A stretch of DNA of 64,000 nt from an uncultured Acidobacteriota bacterium (GTDB lineage: Bacteria > Acidobacteriota > Thermoanaerobaculia > Multivoradales > UBA5704): assembly GCA_963770895.1 (NCBI GenBank), contig CAVYRF010000002.1, forward strand, positions 2,496,001-2,560,000, read 5' to 3'. The notes below the pieces were generated by a model. It was not told the origin of the DNA, did no database searches, and saw only the letters and a program-made list of their open reading frames with translations. A program made the position numbers and the translations under genes. How positions within the stretch are numbered: position 1 is the stretch's first letter; each line of letters begins with the position of its first letter. Positions 1 through 9,138 of the stretch are shown in pieces.

Positions 1-2
1 AC

Positions 3-1307
3 TTCGCCGCCCCGGTGCCGCCGTCGGCGGCCCTCGACTTTGCCGTGCAGGGCTTGTGGCGCTACCAGGTGCACACCCCCCATCCGCGCTATTTCGGGCT
101 GTTCAACCCCGCCCCCACGACGCTGGGGATCGCCGCCGATGCCCTGGTTGCCGCCTTCAATCCGCAGCTGGCCGCATGGAGCCACAGCCCCTTTGCCGCC
201 GAGGTGGAGCAGCACCTGGTGCGCGCCCTGGCCGGGCGCTTCGGCTACGACCTGACGCGCACCGAAGGCAGCTTCACCTCCGGCGGCGCCGAGGCAAACC
301 ACATGGCGGTGGCGGTCGCCCTGCAACGCGCCTTCCCGGAGGTGAGCCGCCGCGGCTTGCTCGCCCTGCGCAGCCAGCCGCTCATCTACCTGTCGCCGCA
401 GGCACACCATTCGTTCCTCAAGGCGGCGCGCCTGTGCGGCCTGGGCAGCGACGCGGTGCGCGAAGTGGCGGTGGATGCGGCGCAGCGCATGCGCCCGGCC
501 GACCTGGCGGCGCGGGTGGCGGCGGATCGCGAGGACGGCTATACGCCCTTCCTGGTGATCGCCACCGCCGGCAGCACCGCCGCCGGGGTGATCGATCCCA
601 TCGCCGCGGTGGCGGAAGTCGTCGAGAGCGAAGGCCTGATGCTGCACGTGGATGCCGCCTGGGGCGGCGCCGCGGCGTTTCTCCCCGAGCTGCGGCCGGC
701 CCTCGACGGCATCGAGCGCGCCGGTTCGATCACCTTCGACGCCCACAAGTGGCTGTCGGTGCCGATGGGGGCGGGCCTTTTCCTGACCCGCCACGCCGGT
801 GCCCTGGAGCGCACGTTCCGGGTGGCGGCCGGCTACATGCCGGCCGGCCAGACCGCCGCCGCCGACCCCTACGCGCATTCCATGCAGTGGTCGCGCCGGT
901 TCATCGGCCTCAAGCTCTTCCTGTCGCTGGCGGTGGCGGGCTGGAGCGGCTACGAAGCGACCATCCGTCACCAGGTCGCCATGGGCGACCTGCTGCGTCG
1001 CCGATTGCGGGAGGAGGGCTGGGCGGTGATCAACGACACGCCGCTGCCGATCGTCTGCTTCCGGCGCCGCGGCGGCCCGCCGGTCGACCTGGAGGCGGTG
1101 GCGGGCGACGTCGTGGCATCGGGCGCGGCCTGGCTCAGCACGGTGCAGTTCGACGGCGGCCCTGCCCTGCGCGCCTGCATCACCAACTACCGCACCGCGA
1201 GCGACGATCTGGACGCGCTGGTCGCCGCGGTCGGCCGGGCCTGGGAGCGCCGCGCCTCGGGCGCCTCCGCCAAGGCTGGCGCAAGTGTGGCGGAGGTCAT
1301 ACCATAG
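3..1307 (+). CDS. Group II pyridoxal-dependent decarboxylase (5'-truncated by window)
   Basis: Motifs HPRYFG, FTSGGAEAN, HVDAAWGG, SITFDAHKWL (PLP lysine), QWSRR. The frame is open back to the window edge. Confidence 0.88.
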   Translation, partial: FAAPVPPSAALDFAVQGLWRYQVHTPHPRYFGLFNPAPTTLGIAADALVAAFNPQLAAWSHSPFAAEVEQHLVRALAGRFGYDLTRTEGSFTSGGAEANHMAVAVALQRAFPEVSRRGLLALRSQPLIYLSPQAHHSFLKAARLCGLGSDAVREVAVDAAQRMRPADLAARVAADREDGYTPFLVIATAGSTAAGVIDPIAAVAEVVESEGLMLHVDAAWGGAAAFLPELRPALDGIERAGSITFDAHKWLSVPMGAGLFLTRHAGALERTFRVAAGYMPAGQTAAADPYAHSMQWSRRFIGLKLFLSLAVAGWSGYEATIRHQVAMGDLLRRRLREEGWAVINDTPLPIVCFRRRGGPPVDLEAVAGDVVASGAAWLSTVQFDGGPALRACITNYRTASDDLDALVAAVGRAWERRASGASAKAGASVAEVIP

Positions 1308-1428
1308 GGGGGCTTTGAGAGCTCCCTTGTCCCGCTTGGCGACCGCGCTGCACTAGAGAAGGGAGGGACCGAAGGCCGCGCGCCCTTTCGTCCGGATGCC
1401 GCACCCTGTAGCGCGTGAGGAGACCGTC

Positions 1429-1674
1429 ATGAGCTGGGAAGACCGCGAAGACAATACGATTTACAAGGTGGTGGTGAACCACGAAGAGCAGTATTCGATC
1501 TGGCCGGCGCACCGCGAAAACCCCTTGGGTTGGAACGACGTAGGCAAGTCGGGCCCCAAGGACGAATGTCTGGCCTACATCAAAGAGGTGTGGACCGACA
1601 TGCGGCCGCTGTCGCTGCGCAAGAAGATGGAAGAGATGGAAAAGCAGCGGCAGTCCGGTCAAGAGGCCAACTAG
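1429..1674 (+). CDS. mbtH: MbtH-like NRPS adenylation-domain chaperone
   Basis: Signature [10 protein letters not shown]...PLGW...[27 protein letters not shown] lies upstream of ATG 1429. Confidence 0.97.
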   Translation: MSWEDREDNTIYKVVVNHEEQYSIWPAHRENPLGWNDVGKSGPKDECLAYIKEVWTDMRPLSLRKKMEEMEKQRQSGQEAN

Positions 1675-1746
1675 CAACCGCGCGCACGCTGCGGCTGTGG
1701 GCGTTCGCAGCGCCCCCGGCTCCAGTTTGCCGCCCCTGAGCCCGTC

Positions 1747-2547
1747 GTGAAACCCAGCACTGCCCCTGTCGATCGGTGGCTTGCCTACCGCGAGGTCAAT
1801 CCGCGCGCCAGGCTCCGCCTTTTCTGCTTCCCCTATGCGGGCGGCGGCGCCTCCGCCTACCGGGGGTGGGCCGCGGCGCTGCCCGCCGACGTCGAAGTCT
1901 GTCCGGTGCAGCTGCCGGGCCGCGAAAGCCGCCTGCGCGAGCCCGCCTTCGACTGGCCCGTACCGCTGATCCAGGCGCTGGCCGACATGTTGCGCCCGTA
2001 TTCCGACCTGCCGTACGCGTTCTTCGGCCACAGCATGGGTGCGATGCTCTCCTTCGAGCTGGCGCGCGAGCTGCGGCGGCGCGGCGCTCCGGCGCCGTTG
2101 CACCTGTTCGTTTCGGGGCGCCGCGCGCCCGACGTGGCGCCGCGCGAAGAGAACATCCACGACCTGCCCGAACCCGAGTTCATCGCCAAGCTGCGCGAGC
2201 TCAACGGCACGCCCGAAGAGGTGTTGCAGCACGCGGAGCTGATGCGGTTGCTGGTGCCGGTGCTGCGCGCCGACTTCGCGGTCAACGAAAGGTATGAGTT
2301 CACGCCGGAAGCGCCGCTCGATGTCGGCATCTCGGCCTTCGGCGGCCTGGGCGACGAAGAGGTCACCCGCGACGACGTGGCGCGTTGGAGCCGGCACCTG
2401 CAGGGGCAGTTCCGGCTGCGCATGCTGCCGGGCGATCACTTCTTCCTGCACAGCGCGCGCGACCTGGTGACCGAATGCGTGGCCCGCGACCTGGCCGAGC
2501 TGCGCCTGCCCGCGGACCCGCGGCCGGCCGGCGCCATCACCCCCTGA
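1747..2547 (+). CDS. Type II (editing) thioesterase, GrsT/RifR family
   Basis: RLFCFPYAGG, VQLPGRE, GHSMG nucleophile elbow, LRADF, GDHFF. Confidence 0.95.
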   Translation: MKPSTAPVDRWLAYREVNPRARLRLFCFPYAGGGASAYRGWAAALPADVEVCPVQLPGRESRLREPAFDWPVPLIQALADMLRPYSDLPYAFFGHSMGAMLSFELARELRRRGAPAPLHLFVSGRRAPDVAPREENIHDLPEPEFIAKLRELNGTPEEVLQHAELMRLLVPVLRADFAVNERYEFTPEAPLDVGISAFGGLGDEEVTRDDVARWSRHLQGQFRLRMLPGDHFFLHSARDLVTECVARDLAELRLPADPRPAGAITP

Positions 2548-2560
2548 TCCTGATTTTCTG

Positions 2561-3388
2561 ATGCCGGACAGCAGCTTTGCGGCCCGCTCTCCCCACGGCC
2601 TGAGCCTGCCGCCGGGGCAAATCCACCTGTGGGCGGTGGCGCTCGATCCCGCGCCCGCCGAAGTGGACCGTCTGGGTGCCTGCCTGTCGGCGGACGAATG
2701 GGAGCGCGCGCGGCGCTTCCGCTTCGACCAGCATCGCCGCCAATACGTCGTCGGCAGGGGAGCCCTGCGCGCGCTGCTGGCCGCCTACGCCGGCGGCACC
2801 ACCGCCGCGGCGGTGCGCTTTGCCTACGGGCCGCGCGGCAAACCGTTTCTGGCCGACCCGGCGGCCGCGGCGGCGCCCGCCGCTGCGCCGGTCCCCGCCG
2901 CCCCCGCCCCCGCCGGCGCCGCCACCGACAGCGGCCTGTTCTTCAATCTTTCCAATTCGCACGAGCTGGCCCTGGTCGGCTTCGTGCGCGGGGTGGAGAT
3001 CGGCGTCGACGTCGAGCACGAAAAGCCGATGCCCGACCTGCTGCAGATCTCCGAGCGGTTCTTTTCGGCGAGCGAGCGCGAAACGCTGGCGCGGCTGCCC
3101 GCGGAGCAGCGCCAGCGGGGCTTTTTCAACTGCTGGACCCGCAAGGAGGCCTACCTGAAGGCCGTCGGCGAGGGGCTGGCGGCGCCGCTCGATTCCTTTG
3201 ACGTCACCCTGGCGCCGGGGGAGGCGCCGCGCATGCTGACCCTGCGCGGCGATGCCGGCCAGGCGGCGCGCTGGCGCTTTCACACCTTCGATCCGGCCGC
3301 CGGTTACGTCGGGGCGCTCACCGTCGAGGGGCGGGACCTGCCGGTGCGCACCTACCGCTTCAGCTTTGCGGCGTCGGATCCTGCTTGA
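2561..3388 (+). CDS. Sfp-type 4'-phosphopantetheinyl transferase
   Basis: GKP, FNLSNS, IGVDVE and FFNCWTRKEAYLKA motifs. Confidence 0.95.
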   Translation: MPDSSFAARSPHGLSLPPGQIHLWAVALDPAPAEVDRLGACLSADEWERARRFRFDQHRRQYVVGRGALRALLAAYAGGTTAAAVRFAYGPRGKPFLADPAAAAAPAAAPVPAAPAPAGAATDSGLFFNLSNSHELALVGFVRGVEIGVDVEHEKPMPDLLQISERFFSASERETLARLPAEQRQRGFFNCWTRKEAYLKAVGEGLAAPLDSFDVTLAPGEAPRMLTLRGDAGQAARWRFHTFDPAAGYVGALTVEGRDLPVRTYRFSFAASDPA

Positions 3389-5183
3389 CCTGCTGCGTCC
3401 CCAGCCAGGCGTCCAGGTGGCACCGCTGCTCGGGTGTCGCCCGCGGGTCCAGGCTCAACCGGTAGTCGCCGTTGGGGGTGCTGCCGAAGACCACCGGCAG
3501 CCGCACCAGCCGCTCCCGCCGCGCCACCAGCAGCGTCTCGGCCGCGCCGGGCCGGAAGCATTTCAACCGCTCGCGCAGCCCGTCGGCGGGAACCCGGTAG
3601 TCGCCGAAGGCCAGGATCTCGTCGCCCACGTTGAGCCCCGCCTGGTGGGCCGGCGCCCCCCGCTGGATCTGGCTGACCAGCAGCCGCCCGCCCTGCATCT
3701 CGGTGTCGATCCCCAACCAGGCCGGGCTCTCGTCGCCGGCCGCCTCCTTGCCGCCGCCCTGGCCGTTGCCCGCACCGGCGCCGCCGCCGTGCGCGCCACC
3801 GCCCAGGCGCAGGCCGAGCCAGTCGATCGCCTCCTGGTAGTCGAGGTCGGCGGTCGAATCGAGCGCCGCCGCGAACCACGGCCCCAGGTCGACCGCCGCC
3901 ACCTCCGAAGCGGCGGCCTGGATCTCTTCCGGCCGGTAGCCGCGGCTGCCCGAGAATTGCCGGTAGGCCAGCCGCATCACGTCGTCGAGGCTGCGTTTGC
4001 CGCCGGTCAGGCGGCGCACCCGCACGTCCAGCAGGAAGGAGACGACGGCGCCCTTGGTGTAGTAGCTGACGCTCGAATTGGTAAAGTTTTCGTCGCGCCG
4101 GTAGTACTTGATCCAGGCATCGAACGACGCTTCGGAGAGCGGCTGTACGCGCCGGCCGGGGGTGGTTTCCAGCGTCGCGATCTGCTTGCCGAGCGCGCCC
4201 AGGTACTCGGCGCGCGTCGACAGCCCGGCGCGGTGCACCAGCAGGTCGTCGTAATACGAAGTGACGCCTTCGACCTGCCATAGGCTGCGGGTGTAGACCT
4301 CGTGCTCGTAATTGACGTCGTCGAGCTCCGCCGGCCTCAGCTGCTTGACGTTCCAGGCATGGAACAGCTCGTGGCCCACCAGGCTCAGCCATTCGAGCCA
4401 CCCTTCGCGGCTGCGGGTGCGCCAGCGGCTGGTCATCAGCACGCTCGACTGGCCATGCTCCAGGCCGGACGTGCCACCCTCGGCGATCAGGTTGAAGAAG
4501 ACGTACTGCGAATACGGCACGCACCCCCAGAAATCGACCTGCCGCCGCACCACCAGCTCCGCCTCCGCCGCCGACCGCGCGCCGTCCCACCCGGTGCCGT
4601 CGTCGCCCTCGTTGACCAGCAGGTGGGGGCGCCCCGCCACCTCGAAACGATGCACGGGAGCGTTGCCGGCATAGATCGGCGAGTCCACCAGCTGGGCAAA
4701 ATCGGCGGCGCGCCAGGCCAGCTTCCCCGGCTCGATCTCGGGCAGGGTGGTGACCACCACCTGCCAGTGGTCGGGCGGCTCCATGCGCACCTCGTGCGGG
4801 CGGTGATAGTCGCCGGCCAGCGTCACGAAGGTGGCGGCGCCGTTGATCAGCGCAAAGTCGGTGTCGACGAAGTTGGTGCGGACGGTCAGCTCGCGGGCGT
4901 ACAGCCGATAGGTGACCACGACCCGCCGGCACCCCTCGCCGGCACGCACCCGCCAGCGGTTCTTGGCCACCTTCTCGATCGGCAGCGGCGCGCCGTCCTC
5001 GGCGCTGGCGGCAATCTGCTCGACGTGGCGCGCGAACTCGCGCACCAGGTAGGAGCCGGGCGTCCAGACGGCCATCATCAGCTCGACCGCCGGCTGGCCG
5101 CCCGTCGGCACACGCGCCTCGACTTCGACCTCATGCCACTGAGGCCGCGGCACCCGCAGCGTGTACAGGATGGGTTCGGTCAT
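3360..5183 (-). CDS. M61 family glycyl aminopeptidase with C-terminal PDZ domain
   Basis: WTPGSY, GLEH, zinc motif HELFHAWN, EGVTSYY, SYYTKG, and a PDZ-like C-terminus (PAHQAGLNVGDEI). Confidence 0.92.
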   Translation of the reverse strand: MTEPILYTLRVPRPQWHEVEVEARVPTGGQPAVELMMAVWTPGSYLVREFARHVEQIAASAEDGAPLPIEKVAKNRWRVRAGEGCRRVVVTYRLYARELTVRTNFVDTDFALINGAATFVTLAGDYHRPHEVRMEPPDHWQVVVTTLPEIEPGKLAWRAADFAQLVDSPIYAGNAPVHRFEVAGRPHLLVNEGDDGTGWDGARSAAEAELVVRRQVDFWGCVPYSQYVFFNLIAEGGTSGLEHGQSSVLMTSRWRTRSREGWLEWLSLVGHELFHAWNVKQLRPAELDDVNYEHEVYTRSLWQVEGVTSYYDDLLVHRAGLSTRAEYLGALGKQIATLETTPGRRVQPLSEASFDAWIKYYRRDENFTNSSVSYYTKGAVVSFLLDVRVRRLTGGKRSLDDVMRLAYRQFSGSRGYRPEEIQAAASEVAAVDLGPWFAAALDSTADLDYQEAIDWLGLRLGGGAHGGGAGAGNGQGGGKEAAGDESPAWLGIDTEMQGGRLLVSQIQRGAPAHQAGLNVGDEILAFGDYRVPADGLRERLKCFRPGAAETLLVARRERLVRLPVVFGSTPNGDYRLSLDPRATPEQRCHLDAWLGTQQVKQDPTPQS

Positions 5184-5365
5184 CGGGCGCACCTTACCGG
5201 ATCTGGTGTCGACCCGCCAAGCCGGATCTGGGGACAGGCCACTAGAGTGCTGTGCACCGAGGTGGGGATCGGGGTACGGCGCGACGCAATGATCGCCGGG
5301 GCGGGCCGGGGCGTTGGCGCGCCGGCGCGAGGCCAGGGCGCCCGCCGGGGCCGCCGCGCCGCCGG

Positions 5366-6262
5366 CTATCCCGCGGCGACTTTCTGGCCGTTTTCGTCGT
5401 AGTTGTAGACGCCCCGGCCCACCTTGCGGCCCAGGCGGCCGGCGCGGACGTGCTGCACCAGCAGCTGGTTGGGGCGGTAGGCTTCCCCCAGCGTGCGATG
5501 CAGGAATTCAAGGATGGAGAGCCGCACGTCCAGCCCCACCAGGTCCACCATCTCGAAGGGGCCCATGGGGTGGTTCAGGCCGAGCTTCAGCGCCTTGTCG
5601 ATGTCGCCGGCGCTCGCCACCCCCTCCTGCAGCATGCGGAACGCCTCGTTGCCGATCAGGGCGTTGATCCGGGAGGTGACGAACCCCGGCGCCTCGTTGA
5701 CCAGCACGATCTCCTTGCCCATGCGCTCGCCCACCGCGCGCAGCGCCGCGAGCGTCGCGTCGGACGTCTCCAGGCCGCGCACCAGCTCGATCAGCTTCAT
5801 GACGTGCACCGGATTGAAGAAATGCATCCCCGCAAAGAGGGGGGCTCGCCCGGTGGCGGCCGCCATCTCGGTGATCGAAAGGGCGGAGGTATTGCTGGCC
5901 AGCAGGGCGGACGCCGGAGCGAGGCGGCCGACTTCGGCCAGCAGCTGCGTTTTGAGCGCGATGTTCTCCGGTGCCGATTCGATCACCAGGTCGGCGCCGC
6001 CGACCGCCGCCGCCAGCTCCGGCGCCAGCCGCAGCGCCTCCCGCGCCCGCGCCGCCGCGTCGGCCGCCACCTTCTTGAGCTCGACGCCCTTGGCCAGGTT
6101 GCGGTGGATGGCGGCCTCGGCCTTGTCGAGCGCCGCCGCGTCGACGTCGAACAGATAGGTGGTGTATCCGGCGAGCGCCGCCACGTGGGCGATGCCGCGC
6201 CCCATCGTGCCGGCACCCAGCACGGCGATCGTCTGGATGGAAGAGCTGGTGGTCGTGGTCAT
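5366..6262 (-). CDS. 3-hydroxyacyl-CoA (3-hydroxybutyryl-CoA) dehydrogenase
   Basis: GAGTMG Rossmann motif, SNTS, HFFNP, HPMGP, GRLGRK. Confidence 0.93.
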   Translation of the reverse strand: MTTTTSSSIQTIAVLGAGTMGRGIAHVAALAGYTTYLFDVDAAALDKAEAAIHRNLAKGVELKKVAADAAARAREALRLAPELAAAVGGADLVIESAPENIALKTQLLAEVGRLAPASALLASNTSALSITEMAAATGRAPLFAGMHFFNPVHVMKLIELVRGLETSDATLAALRAVGERMGKEIVLVNEAPGFVTSRINALIGNEAFRMLQEGVASAGDIDKALKLGLNHPMGPFEMVDLVGLDVRLSILEFLHRTLGEAYRPNQLLVQHVRAGRLGRKVGRGVYNYDENGQKVAAG

Positions 6263-6287
6263 GGATGCTAGATGTCCTCAGATGTCC

Positions 6288-6947
6288 TCAGGATACCGGG
6301 ATGCTGTGCACGCCGGTGCTCTTGGCGGCCAGGTTGCGCAGCTCGTCGGCGATCGCCAGGGTGTTGCGCGTCGCGGCCATCGCCAGCTCCTGCAGCTCGG
6401 GCGTGACGATCAGCTTTTCGAGCACCTTGCGTCCCAGGTGATGGTGGTGCGCTTCTTCGGGTTGAATGATGGTGTCGTACAGGTCGGCCGTCTGGTGGTC
6501 GCCGAGCGAGCGGCAGAAGGCCACGAACTGGCGGTTGCGCACCTGGGCGATGGCCTCGCTGGCGAACGGGCCGCCGGCGATCCGCTCGACCGTGGTGCGC
6601 AGCCCGCGCAGGTACTGGTAGAGCGGGCTGTGCCCGTCGCTCAGCGGGTCGAACGCGCTGAGATCGCAGCCCAGCTGCGTCAGGCGCTCGCTGATCAGCC
6701 CGTAATGCTTCATCTCGTCGCCGCACTGCAGGGCCAGGCACATCTTGGCGTCCACTTCGGGGGTGGTGGGCATCCACAGGGCGGCCAGCTCCGAGGCCTC
6801 CAGCTCGCTCTTGAGGGCCAGCCGCAGGAGGGTGACGACGTCCACCTGCCCCTCCGCTTCCGACTCCAGGGTGTCGGTTTCTCCCAATTGGCCGAAGATG
6901 CGGTCCATCTCCGCCATCATGAGCTCGACGAACTCTACGCTGTTCAC
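6288..6947 (-). CDS. Ferritin-like di-iron four-helix protein of unknown function
   Basis: GTG start at 6947 with AAGGAGG RBS. Two ExxH motifs (DEMKH, EEAHH), each preceded by Glu-bearing helices (SELEASE, ASEAIA). Confidence 0.75.
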   Translation of the reverse strand: MNSVEFVELMMAEMDRIFGQLGETDTLESEAEGQVDVVTLLRLALKSELEASELAALWMPTTPEVDAKMCLALQCGDEMKHYGLISERLTQLGCDLSAFDPLSDGHSPLYQYLRGLRTTVERIAGGPFASEAIAQVRNRQFVAFCRSLGDHQTADLYDTIIQPEEAHHHHLGRKVLEKLIVTPELQELAMAATRNTLAIADELRNLAAKSTGVHSIPVS

Positions 6948-7021
6948 CGCTGTCCTCCTTACGCCGCTCCAGGCTTGCCAGCCAGCCCCCCGCGGCGAGC
7001 GATTGTATCCACGTTGGGCGA

Positions 7022-7645
7022 TCAGCTGTCCAAGCTGCGCAGCACGGCGCGCACCGGCGAGGCGTCCAGCCCCTCCAGCTTGAGCGGCAGCGCGATCAGC
7101 TCGTAGATCCCCTCGGGCACGCCGTCCAGCAGCAGCCCTTCCAGGATGGCGACGCCGCCCTGCGCCAGGGCGTGGTGGGCGAGCAGATCCTTGCTGTCGA
7201 AGGGATCGACCGAGGGCGTGTCCATGCCCACCAGCAGCACCCCCTTGCCGGCAAGCTGCGCCGCCAGCTCGGGCGAAAGAGCGGTGAACCGCTCGGGGAA
7301 GCCGCGGCGGTCGCGCACGCTGTCGCTGCGGAACAGCAGGCGGCGCGGGCTGGTCAGATCGATGCCCTCGACGTGGCGCGGTTCGATCAGCGGCGTCGCC
7401 GGCACCTTGACCAGCCGGCACGGTCCCAGGTAGCTGTCGAGCGGCATGTCGGCGATGCCGGCCCCGCGCGGCTCGGTGTGAAAGGGCGCGTCGGCGTGCG
7501 CGCCCAGGTGCGCCGTGGTGGTGATGGCGGTGACGTTGACGCTGGCGCCGGCCGCGATCGACCAGGTCAGGTTCGCCGCGAAGGCGGTGTCTCCAGGCCA
7601 GACCGGGGTTCCGGTGCGGATCGTGGGCGTAATGTCATAGAGCAT
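7022..7645 (-). CDS. kynB: Kynurenine formamidase / cyclase family
   Basis: WPGDT, HLGAHADAPFH (HxGxHxD), GMDTPSVD, ILEGL, DASPVRA. Confidence 0.85.
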   Translation of the reverse strand: MLYDITPTIRTGTPVWPGDTAFAANLTWSIAAGASVNVTAITTTAHLGAHADAPFHTEPRGAGIADMPLDSYLGPCRLVKVPATPLIEPRHVEGIDLTSPRRLLFRSDSVRDRRGFPERFTALSPELAAQLAGKGVLLVGMDTPSVDPFDSKDLLAHHALAQGGVAILEGLLLDGVPEGIYELIALPLKLEGLDASPVRAVLRSLDS

Positions 7646-7764
7646 GGCGCCGCCCCCCTTCGGATGTCCGGATCATACTCCCTGGGTCGCCGCGGACCGC
7701 GGCCGGGCCGGCGGTGGCACTGGTGTAGGATAGGCTCGGCGTGGGCGGGGCTGTCAGGAGATGC

Positions 7765-8415
7765 ATGGGCGAAAACGATAAAAGAGGTGGCTTGAGCCTC
7801 ACGGACCACCTTCCGGCACCCACCTCGACCTCTTCACCGGCGGTGTCACCCGAAGTCGAAGCGCGGATCGCCCAGCACGTGCGCGGCATCCTGCTGGCGC
7901 TGGGCCTGGACCTGACCGACCCCAACCTGGCGGAAACCGACGGCAGGGTGGCCAGGATGTACCTTGAAATGTTCAGCGGCCTGGCGGAGGGCGCCGAACC
8001 GAAGGTCACCACCTTCCCCAACCAGGAAGGCTACAGCCACATGGTGATGGAGACGCAGATCCCGTTCTACTCGATGTGCGCCCACCACCTGGTGCCCTTC
8101 TACGGCCACGCCCACATCGCCTACATCCCGCGCGACCGCATCCTGGGGCTGTCCAAGTTTTCCCGTATCCTGGAGTTCTACGCCAAGCGGCCGCAGCTGC
8201 AGGAACGCATCACCGAGCAGGTGGTGACCTACCTGGACGAGCAGCTGCAGCCGCAGGGCGCCATGGTGGTGATCGAAGCGCGCCACCTGTGCGTGGAAAT
8301 GCGCGGCGTCAAAAAGCCCGGCGCGGTGACCGTCACCTCCGCCCTGCGCGGCATCTTCCACCAGCGGCAGGTGCGCGAAGAGTTCCTCGATCTGCTGCGC
8401 CGCCTGGAGCCATGA
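7765..8415 (+). CDS. folE: GTP cyclohydrolase I (start uncertain)
   Basis: SMCAHHLVPF, GLSK, RPQLQER, HLCVEMRGV. Confidence 0.95.
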   Translation: MGENDKRGGLSLTDHLPAPTSTSSPAVSPEVEARIAQHVRGILLALGLDLTDPNLAETDGRVARMYLEMFSGLAEGAEPKVTTFPNQEGYSHMVMETQIPFYSMCAHHLVPFYGHAHIAYIPRDRILGLSKFSRILEFYAKRPQLQERITEQVVTYLDEQLQPQGAMVVIEARHLCVEMRGVKKPGAVTVTSALRGIFHQRQVREEFLDLLRRLEP

Positions 8416-9074
8416 CCGTGGATCCCATGAACCTCGTCCCGCACCTGCCGCCGCCGTCTGCCCGCCGCCGCCGCGGCACGCCCTCGCCCGCCGCCGCCCT
8501 TGCCTGCGCCGTCTGCCTGCTGTGCGCCCTGCTCGCGGGATGCGCCTCCGGCGGCGCCGGCAACGCGTCCGCCGGCGACCTGACCAACCCGCTTCTGGGA
8601 CCCGACCTCTCGATCTGGCTGATCGGTCCGGTGGCGCACCTGGCGACGCCCGAGGAAGTGCAGCAGTACCTCGCCTTGCGCGACGACGCCCGGGCCAACG
8701 ACTTCATCCAGCAGTTCTGGGACCGCCGCAATCCGACCAAGGGCCCCGGCAATCCGGTGCGCGCCGCCTTTGAAGAGCGTTGCGACGTGGCCGATCACAA
8801 GTTCACCGAAGGCGGCGTGCTGGGGCGCCGCACCGATCGCGGCACGATCCTGGTGCTGTACGGCCCGCCGGCAAAGACCGGCTTCGAGGTGCCGCCGCGT
8901 CCCAACATGTCCGGCATCGAAGTCTGGGACTACGCCGCCGGCGCGCCCGCCGGCCTGGACGGCAAGCGGCCGGACCGCGCCTACCGCTTCATCAAGCGCG
9001 GCGAGCTGACGGTGCGCTACCTGGCGCCGCTGGCGCCGACGCTGACGCCCGGGCCTGCCGTGCCGCCGGGGTAG
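8412..9074 (+). CDS. GWxTD-domain-like lipoprotein
   Basis: ATGA overlap with the folE stop. Lipobox-like LLAGC. FWDRRNP...GRRTDRGTILVLYGPP resembles the GWxTD family. Confidence 0.7.
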   Translation: MTVDPMNLVPHLPPPSARRRRGTPSPAAALACAVCLLCALLAGCASGGAGNASAGDLTNPLLGPDLSIWLIGPVAHLATPEEVQQYLALRDDARANDFIQQFWDRRNPTKGPGNPVRAAFEERCDVADHKFTEGGVLGRRTDRGTILVLYGPPAKTGFEVPPRPNMSGIEVWDYAAGAPAGLDGKRPDRAYRFIKRGELTVRYLAPLAPTLTPGPAVPPG

Positions 9075-9138
9075 CCGCCCCGCCCGCCGGCCTAGCCCGT
9101 CACCGCCCCGCTGCCGTCGCCGCCGACCGAGGGAACTC

